A stretch of DNA of 46,700 bases, taken from contig CAUQOI010000001.1 in NCBI GenBank assembly GCA_963519525.1, positions 1 through 46,700 of the forward strand, given 5' to 3'. The DNA is from an uncultured Campylobacter sp. (GTDB lineage: Bacteria; Campylobacterota; Campylobacteria; Campylobacterales; Campylobacteraceae). Shown one piece after another: positions 39,538-46,700 of the stretch (its first letter is position 1; every line of letters starts with the position of its first letter). The notes under the pieces were generated by a model that did no database searches, was not told where the DNA came from, and worked only from the letters and a program-made list of their open reading frames with translations. The position numbers and the translations under genes were made by a program.

Positions 39538-40929
39538 ATGCAAAATTCACAAATAGTAACTAGATTTGCCCCCTCTCCGACCGGATATCTACATATCGGC
39601 GGGCTTAGGACGGCGCTTTATAATTACTTATACGCTAGAGCAAACGGCGGAAAATTTCTGCTACGCATCGAAGATACCGACCTAAAACGCAACTCCGAAG
39701 AAGCAACGCAAGCGATAAAAGAGGCCTTTGCCTGGTGCGGGCTGGATCACGACGGCGAGGTGACGTATCAGTCGCGTAGATTCGACGTTTATAAAGAGTA
39801 CGTAAACAAGCTGCTAGCCGAGGGCAAAGCCTATAAATGCTACATGAGCAAAGACGAGCTAGACGCTTTGCGCGCCGAGCAAGAAGCGAGAAAAGAGAGG
39901 CCCAAATACGATAATCGCTACCGCGAATTTACGGGTACTCCACCTGCGGGAGTCGAGCCCGTCATCCGCATCAAAGCGCCTCTAAGCGGCGAGATCGTGA
40001 TCGACGACGGCATAAAAGGCGAGGTCAAATTTAGAGTCGAGGATATCCTGGATGATTTTATCATCGCGCGTAGCGACGGCACGCCGACGTATAACTTCAC
40101 GGTCGTGATAGACGACGCGCTGATGGGCGTAACCGACGTCATCCGCGGAGACGATCACCTCTCAAATACCCCGAAACAAATCGTGCTCTACGACGCTCTA
40201 GGCTTTAAAGCGCCGAAATTTTACCACGTCGCGATGATAAACGGCGAAGACGGCAGCAAACTAAGCAAACGCCACGGCGCGACCGACGTGATGGAGTATA
40301 AGCGCATGGGTTATCTTCCGGAAGCCCTTTTAAATTTTCTCGTGCGCCTAGGCTGGAGCCACGGAAACGACGAAATTTTCGGTATAGACGATATGCTAAA
40401 GTATTTCGATCCGCACGATATAAACAAGAGCTCAAGCACCTATAACGCAAGCAAGCTAGAGTGGCTAAACGCCCACTATATCAAGACGCTGCCGTACGAG
40501 AGGCTGGCAAGCGAGATGCTTGAATTTGATATAGATTTTAAAGCGATGCCAAAGGGTGAGGTGCTGTTAAATTCTCTGCGCGAGCGCTCAAAAACGCTAG
40601 TTGAAATGAGCCAAAGCGCAAGGACGATAATAAACGCTCCAAGCGCATACGACGAGAAAGCGTATGTTAAATTTATCACGCCCGAAAGTAAGGAAAATTT
40701 GGCTAAATTTGCCGAAATTTTAGGCGAAAATTTAGACGCTAAGGGCTACGAGGAGATGACGGCTAAATTTTTAGAAGCAAACGGCTTAAAGCTAAAAGAC
40801 CTAGCTCAGGCGCTTCGCGTCGCGCTAACTGGAAATAGTGTAAGCCCCGGGATATTTGAGGTGCTCGAAGTTTTGGGCGCGGACGAGACGAAAAAACGAA
40901 TAAGAAATATTTTAAAGGAGAACAAATGA
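39538..40929 (+). CDS. gltX: Glutamate-tRNA ligase
   Basis: [25 protein letters not shown]. Confidence 0.97.
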   Translation: MQNSQIVTRFAPSPTGYLHIGGLRTALYNYLYARANGGKFLLRIEDTDLKRNSEEATQAIKEAFAWCGLDHDGEVTYQSRRFDVYKEYVNKLLAEGKAYKCYMSKDELDALRAEQEARKERPKYDNRYREFTGTPPAGVEPVIRIKAPLSGEIVIDDGIKGEVKFRVEDILDDFIIARSDGTPTYNFTVVIDDALMGVTDVIRGDDHLSNTPKQIVLYDALGFKAPKFYHVAMINGEDGSKLSKRHGATDVMEYKRMGYLPEALLNFLVRLGWSHGNDEIFGIDDMLKYFDPHDINKSSSTYNASKLEWLNAHYIKTLPYERLASEMLEFDIDFKAMPKGEVLLNSLRERSKTLVEMSQSARTIINAPSAYDEKAYVKFITPESKENLAKFAEILGENLDAKGYEEMTAKFLEANGLKLKDLAQALRVALTGNSVSPGIFEVLEVLGADETKKRIRNILKENK

Positions 40930-42179
40930 CACACGTAACTAACGAAGAGGCGCTCGCGTATCACGAGGGCGGAAAGATAGAGATAAAAGTAAAAACCCCG
41001 TGCGCCACGGCTAAAGACCTATCTATGGCGTATACGCCGGGCGTTGCGGTACCGTGTAAAGAGATCGAGGCCGACAATGAACTAGCCTACAAATACACCA
41101 ACAAAGCAAATTTAGTAGCCGTCATCACCGACGGTACGGCCGTGCTCGGTCTAGGCGATATCGGCGCGGTAGCGGGCAAACCCGTGATGGAGGGCAAGGC
41201 GGTTTTGTTTAAAAAATTCGCAAACGTAGACGCTTTTGACATCGAGCTAGACGAGCATGATCCGGACAAGATCGTAGAGATCTGCAAGGCTCTAGCCCCG
41301 ACGTTTGGCGGTATAAATTTAGAAGATATCCGCGCGCCGAAGTGCTTTGAGATCGAGCGCAAGCTACAAGAGGCAGTCGATATCCCGGTCATGCACGACG
41401 ATCAGCACGGCACGGCGATGATAACGAGTGCGGGCATGATAAACGCGATGGAAATTTCTGGCAAAGATATCTCTAAAATCAAAATCGTAGTTAGCGGCGC
41501 GGGCGCGGCGGGTATCGCATGCGCGAAGATGTACAAGGCTCTGGGCGCGAAAAATATCGTAATGATCGACAGCAAAGGCGTGATCCATAAAGGCCGCACC
41601 GATCTAACTCCGGAAAAGGTCGAATTCGCCCTTGAAACCGCAGATAGAACGCTAGCGGACGCGATGAAGGGCGCGGATATGTTCCTAGGTCTCAGTAAGC
41701 CCGGCGTCGTGACGAAGGAAATGGTCGCGTCGATGAATGACGAGCCGATTATTTTCGCGCTTGCTAACCCGACTCCGGAAATCTTCCCCGAAGACGTCGC
41801 TAGCGTGCGAAACGACGTTATGATGGGTACCGGCCGTAGCGACTATCCAAACCAAGTAAATAACGTTCTTGGCTTTCCGTTTATATTCCGTGGCGCGCTT
41901 GACGTCAGAGCCAAAAAAATAACCGAAAATATGAAAATGGCTGCGGCGCGCGCGCTTGCAAATTTGGCTAAAGAGCCCGTGCCTGCGGAGGTTTGCGAGG
42001 CGTTTGGCGTAAAAGAGCTAAAATTCGGCAAAGATTACATCATACCAAAACCGTTTGACAATCGCGTGCTTTTAGCCGTGGCTCCTGCGGTAGCCCAGGC
42101 CGCGGTCGATGACGGCATAGCTAGAGTGAAGGATTTTGACGTAAAAGCCTATACCGAAAAGCTAGCAAAGGGTCTGTAA
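40926..42179 (+). CDS. mez: NAD(P)-dependent malic enzyme (no PTA domain)
   Basis: [34 protein letters not shown]. Confidence 0.93.
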   Translation: MTHVTNEEALAYHEGGKIEIKVKTPCATAKDLSMAYTPGVAVPCKEIEADNELAYKYTNKANLVAVITDGTAVLGLGDIGAVAGKPVMEGKAVLFKKFANVDAFDIELDEHDPDKIVEICKALAPTFGGINLEDIRAPKCFEIERKLQEAVDIPVMHDDQHGTAMITSAGMINAMEISGKDISKIKIVVSGAGAAGIACAKMYKALGAKNIVMIDSKGVIHKGRTDLTPEKVEFALETADRTLADAMKGADMFLGLSKPGVVTKEMVASMNDEPIIFALANPTPEIFPEDVASVRNDVMMGTGRSDYPNQVNNVLGFPFIFRGALDVRAKKITENMKMAAARALANLAKEPVPAEVCEAFGVKELKFGKDYIIPKPFDNRVLLAVAPAVAQAAVDDGIARVKDFDVKAYTEKLAKGL

Positions 42180-42806
42180 ATGAAAAACGTCAGGCTCATC
42201 TCTCATCCGCTCATCGAGCACAAACTAGCGATTTTAAGGGATAAAAACACTGAGCCGTTTCAGTTTAGGATGCTCGTGGACGAGATCAGCCACCTGATGA
42301 TATTTGAGGCGACTAGGGATCTGGCGCTGCGCGACGTGAGCGTGCAGACTCCGGTCGCCCAGGCCCATGCCAAAAAGCTCGCGACCAAGGTAATGATTTG
42401 CCCGATTTTGCGTGCGGCTCTGGGTATGCTAGATAGCGTATTTACGATCATCCCCGATGCTAGCGTCGGCTTTTTGGGCTTTCAGCGAAACGAAAAGACC
42501 GCAGAGGTGGAGTTTTTCTACGCCAAGCTGCCTCGCGACGCCAAAAACCGCCTAGCCATCATCATCGATCCGATGTTTGCCACCGGCGGTACGGCTATCG
42601 ACGCGGTTAAGTTTTTACGCGAGAACGGCATAGGGCAGATCAAATTTATCTCCATCATCGCCGCTCCAGAGGGACTAAAGCGATTTAGCGAAGTTTATCC
42701 GGACGTTGAGGTTTATACCGCCGCGATAGACGAGCGGCTAAACGAGAAAAACTACATCGTGCCTGGTCTTGGCGATGCGGGCGATAGGGTGTTTAATACG
42801 CTTTAA
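42180..42806 (+). CDS. upp: Uracil phosphoribosyltransferase
   Basis: HPLIEHKL, PILRA, DPMFATGGT, YIVPGLGDAGDR. Confidence 0.97.
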   Translation: MKNVRLISHPLIEHKLAILRDKNTEPFQFRMLVDEISHLMIFEATRDLALRDVSVQTPVAQAHAKKLATKVMICPILRAALGMLDSVFTIIPDASVGFLGFQRNEKTAEVEFFYAKLPRDAKNRLAIIIDPMFATGGTAIDAVKFLRENGIGQIKFISIIAAPEGLKRFSEVYPDVEVYTAAIDERLNEKNYIVPGLGDAGDRVFNTL

Positions 42807-43049
42807 ATTTGGCTTCTAGAGCGCTAAATTTAGCCTGCGTTTTTCTGCGGATTTATCAAATTTGACTGCGATCTATGTGGTCAAATTTGGCTTTCTAGCG
42901 CGCTAAATTTGACGCAAACGTTTGACGGGAGAGTAAATTTATTCCCGTCCTTACGGCGCCAAATCGTCAAATTTAGATTTAGCCTGTAAAATTCGACGGC
43001 AAATTTAACCCCGAAGCAAGCGCTTCAAATTTATTCCAAAAGGTCTTTT

Positions 43050-43580
43050 TTGAACAAACAACTCATTAGAAACGTCATCTTGCCGCTAGCTGTTTTGTTG
43101 CTCGCGGCGCTGTTTAAATTTATCGTCCCGGATAATTCGGCCGCGCCTGGTCAAAATCAACCGCAAAGCGAATTTAGAGGCGGCGACGCAGAGAAAAATA
43201 TAGCCGCCGCGCCGAGCGTAAACGTCGTAAAAGACGGCGTCTACACCTCAAAAGACGAGGTTGCGGCGTATATTTATAGATTCGGCGGGTTGCCGCAAAA
43301 CTTCATCACCAAAAAAGAGGCGATCGCGCTCGGATGGGACGCCAAAAGCGGCAATCTGTGGCAGGTCACGGACAAAAAAAGCATCGGCGGCGACCGCTTT
43401 TCAAACAGAGAAAAAAAGCTGCCAGAGGCTAACGGGCGCAAGTGGTTTGAGTGCGATGTCGGATACCGCGGAGGGCGACGCGGAGCCGAGCGTATCGTGT
43501 TTTCTAGCGACGGGCTGATCTACTACACGCCAGATCATTACGAGAACTTTTATCTACTTTATGAGCGGAGGCGGCAGTGA
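43050..43580 (+). CDS. Exported barnase-family ribonuclease
   Basis: N-terminal hydrophobic segment; LPQNFITKKEA, SIGGDRFSNRE, WFECD, RRGAERIVFSSDGLIYYTPDHY. Confidence 0.9.
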   Translation: MNKQLIRNVILPLAVLLLAALFKFIVPDNSAAPGQNQPQSEFRGGDAEKNIAAAPSVNVVKDGVYTSKDEVAAYIYRFGGLPQNFITKKEAIALGWDAKSGNLWQVTDKKSIGGDRFSNREKKLPEANGRKWFECDVGYRGGRRGAERIVFSSDGLIYYTPDHYENFYLLYERRRQ

Positions 43581-43843
43581 AAATCATAACTCTAAACGGC
43601 GCAAAAATGCGCGAGAAAACGGCGGCCTTTGAGTATCTGGCGCGAAAATTCGGCCTGGGTCCCGAGATAAAAAACCTCGACGCGCTTTACGACGCGCTCG
43701 GCGAAATAAACGAACCTACGCAAATCAAACTAAAAAATCACTCCTCTCTTGCCGCGCTAGGAGGTTACGCAGACGATCTGATCGCCGTTTTTACCGACCT
43801 TGCGGAGGAAAACGAGCGGGTAAAATTTGAGATTTTGTCTTGA
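43577..43843 (+). CDS. Barstar-family ribonuclease inhibitor
   Basis: NLDALYDAL motif; GTGA overlap with the RNase stop codon. Confidence 0.9.
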   Translation: MKIITLNGAKMREKTAAFEYLARKFGLGPEIKNLDALYDALGEINEPTQIKLKNHSSLAALGGYADDLIAVFTDLAEENERVKFEILS

Positions 43844-44310
43844 GTTTTTGCCTTTCGTACGGTAAGTTTTAGGTTAAATTTGTGGGTTTAGACGCGGTAG
43901 CTTTTAAAATTTAACTATCTAAAGCTCGTATGCTCTAAATTTGAGAGTATGCTGCTGCGACGCGGATGCGCGAACGCGAGTCAAATTTACCCCGCGCGGA
44001 GCTCCCGTCCGTAATAAAACACACAAAAGCCGAAAATTTAATCAAATTACGCCGCATTTACTTTCGTATATTTTACGCGCCGTTACCGCTAGCCTTAACC
44101 CGTTTTTAGGCTTTTGATGATATAATTTCTCAAAAATAAGACTTTTGCGATTTGGAGCAAAATTTAGGGTTTGGATCAAATTTAGCGCGATTTTGGCGGC
44201 TAGGTTCGAGTCTGAAACCGCGCCGCAGCGAGCTTGATTTGCGCAGGTAAGCTTAAATTTAACGCCCCAAAAGTGCAAACGCTCTAAAATTTATCAAAAA
44301 AGGAGCCAAA

Positions 44311-44859
44311 ATGAAAACGCTAGTAGTTTTATCCCATCCAAATTTCGCCGCCTCTCGCCTAAACAAGGCTCTGGCAAACGCCGCCAAGAGTGCGGGCGCC
44401 GAGGTTCGCCACCTAGAGGGACTATACGGCACCGACACCCTGAAAATCGACGTTGCGGCGGAGCAGGAGGCGTTTTTACGCGCCGATCGCATCGTGTTTT
44501 TGTTTCCGATGATGGGCTTTAACGTGCCTTCGATGCTAAAGGCCTACATCGACTACGTGCTCAGCCGCGGCTTTGCCTACGGGCAGGGCGCGAAGATCGC
44601 GGGCAAACAGCTGCAAATCGCCGTGAGCGCGGGCGGCGGACTAGGCGAATACTCCAAGCACGGCGCGATCAAATTTAGCCTAAACGAGATTTTGCTGCCG
44701 CTTCAGTGCTGCGCGGATTTTTGCGAGCTCGTTTACGGGCGCATTTTTGCTAGCTGCGGCGTGGAGCCGGGCGTGCCCGATAGCGCGATAGAGGCGCATG
44801 CGGCGAGATTTACGAAGCTCTTAAACGACGAGCTTGAAGAGCACGAATACCAAATTTAG
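44311..44859 (+). CDS. NAD(P)H-dependent oxidoreductase (Flavodoxin_2, KefF/KefG-like)
   Basis: LVVLSHP, IDVAAEQ, PSMLKAYIDYV, GFAYG; AAGGAG RBS. Confidence 0.88.
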   Translation: MKTLVVLSHPNFAASRLNKALANAAKSAGAEVRHLEGLYGTDTLKIDVAAEQEAFLRADRIVFLFPMMGFNVPSMLKAYIDYVLSRGFAYGQGAKIAGKQLQIAVSAGGGLGEYSKHGAIKFSLNEILLPLQCCADFCELVYGRIFASCGVEPGVPDSAIEAHAARFTKLLNDELEEHEYQI

Positions 44860-44900
44860 CGAAGCAAATAGCCCAGCCTTGAGCTCAAATTTGCACCGTT

Positions 44901-44934
44901 AGCGGCGATTTCCTGCACGGAGTCGCCGCTTTTC
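44901..44934 (+). terminator. Intrinsic terminator candidate
   Basis: AGCGGCGATTTC...GGAGTCGCCGCT followed by T's. Confidence 0.5.
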
Positions 44935-45262
44935 AAATTTAGCCTTAAAAGATAGCTTTGGAACTAAAGCTAGATGGTAAGCTCGGCGCGTTTTGGCGGT
45001 TTTTCATTGCCGCATTTTTGGGCGATTTCTAGGCGGCCGGACCCGCGCCTTTTTGGTGCTTTGTTTCGTCGCGGGCGTATTTTCCGGCGCGAGTCGATCA
45101 AATTTGCGCTATCATTTCAAGGCTCGCAGCCCGTATTTTTGACGCAGGCTATGATTTGGATTTTATGAAAATTGATTTTTATAGACTAGGTTTTTGGTTT
45201 TAAATTTAGCTCGTTTCGCCGCATTTTAAAACGGCGCAAATCCTTATAAATTCGGAGTTTTT

Positions 45263-45949
45263 ATGATTTTTGGCAAGATTGATTATCTAAATTTGCTTCC
45301 TTTTCACGTATTTTTAAAGCGCTCGCGACTAAGCTCGCAGGATAAAAAAATCATCGAATTTAAAAAAGGGGTGCCTAGCAAACTAAACCGCGATCTGCGC
45401 TGCCGCAGGATCGACGCCGCCGTGATATCAAGCATCGAAAGCCGCAAAAAACGCTACAAAAAGGTGAGTCTTGGCATCGTAGCCAAGGGTGACGTCAAAA
45501 GCGTGCTCGTGCGAAAGGACACCGCTGCGCGCCCGGATCCCGCGTCTGCGAGCTCAAACGCGCTAGCCGGAGTGCTGGGGCTTGAGGGCGAGGTGCTTAT
45601 CGGCGACCGCGCGCTAAAGGCGTATCTGCGGGAGGGCGAGGAGGCGTTTTACGACCTTGGGCGAGCGTGGCGCGAGCGGACGGGGTTGCCGTTTGTTTTC
45701 GGGCGATTTTCCTGCGTGAAGGGGCGCGGCGCGTATGAGCGGCTGGCGCGCGAGTTTTTGCGAGCAAATGTCAAAATCCCAAACTACATCCTCACCAAAT
45801 ACGCCCAAACTAGGGGCATCAGCGCGGATGATATCAAATGGTATCTCAAATTTATCAGCTACGAAATCGGCGCTAAAGAGCAAAAGGCGCTGCGGATATT
45901 TTTCAAAGAAGTGCGAAAAAACGGGCGGACGGCGAAGCTTCTGGCGTGA
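45263..45949 (+). CDS. mqnA: Chorismate dehydratase (futalosine pathway)
   Basis: GKIDYLNLLPF, GVPSKLN, LIGDRAL, DLGRAWRERTGLPFVF. Confidence 0.88.
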   Translation: MIFGKIDYLNLLPFHVFLKRSRLSSQDKKIIEFKKGVPSKLNRDLRCRRIDAAVISSIESRKKRYKKVSLGIVAKGDVKSVLVRKDTAARPDPASASSNALAGVLGLEGEVLIGDRALKAYLREGEEAFYDLGRAWRERTGLPFVFGRFSCVKGRGAYERLAREFLRANVKIPNYILTKYAQTRGISADDIKWYLKFISYEIGAKEQKALRIFFKEVRKNGRTAKLLA

Positions 45950-46323
45950 GGCGAGCGCTAGGCGCAAATTTACTCTAACGCGCCGCTTTTAAATTTGCCT
46001 TTTATCTCGGGCGGTTTTCGCGGTCGCTTTAAATGCCGTAGTTTAAAGCCTAACCACCGCGCAATGCCAAATTTAACCTCGCTAAGCGGCGATCGCGTTT
46101 TTTAGAAGCTAGCAAGGACCCTGTCAAATTTGAAATTTGAGGGGCAAATTTACGTACGGTCTCGTCAAATTTCGCCCGCTTAAATTTTAAATTTGCGCCG
46201 CCGCGAGCTAAAATTTCATTCGTCCGAATTTATATTTTGGCTTCGTCTTTACGACGAGATTATCTTACTTCAAATTTGAGTTTGGGCTAGATTTACTTCG
46301 GTTGCTATCTACGTAAATCACCT

Positions 46324-46700
46324 TTACCTGCTTTCCACTATAGCCTTTATCTCGTCGGAGGTTAGCCCCTTGTACGGTTTAATTGTGTATTGGGTTGTAT
46401 TGTTTTTAAAAATTACCTTATCTTTTTTGTCAAATAATATATATTCTATTGCATCCGCTTTTTTATACTCATTTGCCCAAGTTATGAAAGTCCTTACGTC
46501 GCTAAAGGTAGAATTTTTCTCGGAGCAGTATTTTTGTAACACGTTTTTTGTTAAATTTTCATATTTTAAGCTATAAGTCCCGTTGTCGTCTATACTATAA
46601 GCTAATATGATGCTAAGCGCATATTCATCGTAGCACTCATCATACGCCTCCTTTAGCTGATCCTTAGTAGGAGCATTAGGGAGGTCGTATTTTATAAATA
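46324..46700 (-). CDS. Hypothetical protein, 3' part only (start lies beyond the window)
   Basis: Frame is open from the window edge (FIKYDLPNAPTKDQLKEAY...) to TAA at 46324; AT-rich. Confidence 0.6.
   Translation of the reverse strand, partial: FIKYDLPNAPTKDQLKEAYDECYDEYALSIILAYSIDDNGTYSLKYENLTKNVLQKYCSEKNSTFSDVRTFITWANEYKKADAIEYILFDKKDKVIFKNNTTQYTIKPYKGLTSDEIKAIVESR

Overview
Chromosomal window from an oral-type Campylobacter (C. showae/rectus-like; inferred from gene content and the AAATTT-saturated intergenic DNA). In order, it contains: partial topA; one sigma28-driven flagellin; convergent maf and a compact sigma54-driven pseudaminic acid operon (pseB-C-F-orf-G-H-I); dcd; an accessory block (autotransporter remnant, Sel1/Hcp protein, Ni/Co ECF transporter, modAB); accBC; ribD; thiF; a gene split at a G8 tract; sppA; an amidohydrolase; aroQ-pepP-folK-flhFG-fliA-fliMY; a LOG-family gene; mnmA; SnoaL-like and DUF3137 genes; a SurA-like gene; gltX-mez-upp; a barnase/barstar pair; a flavodoxin-fold reductase; mqnA; and a partial hypothetical gene. 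Two non-coding structures are unexplained. The first is a three-unit tandem array at the flagellin 3' end (3710-3923), where each unit re-encodes the flagellin C-terminus N(V/I)LRLLQ* inside a covarying hairpin followed by a variable hairpin. The second is a dispersed family of 110-150 bp palindromic elements, three of which sit in sense orientation directly before ribosome-binding sites. All calls come from reading the sequence; no database searches were run.
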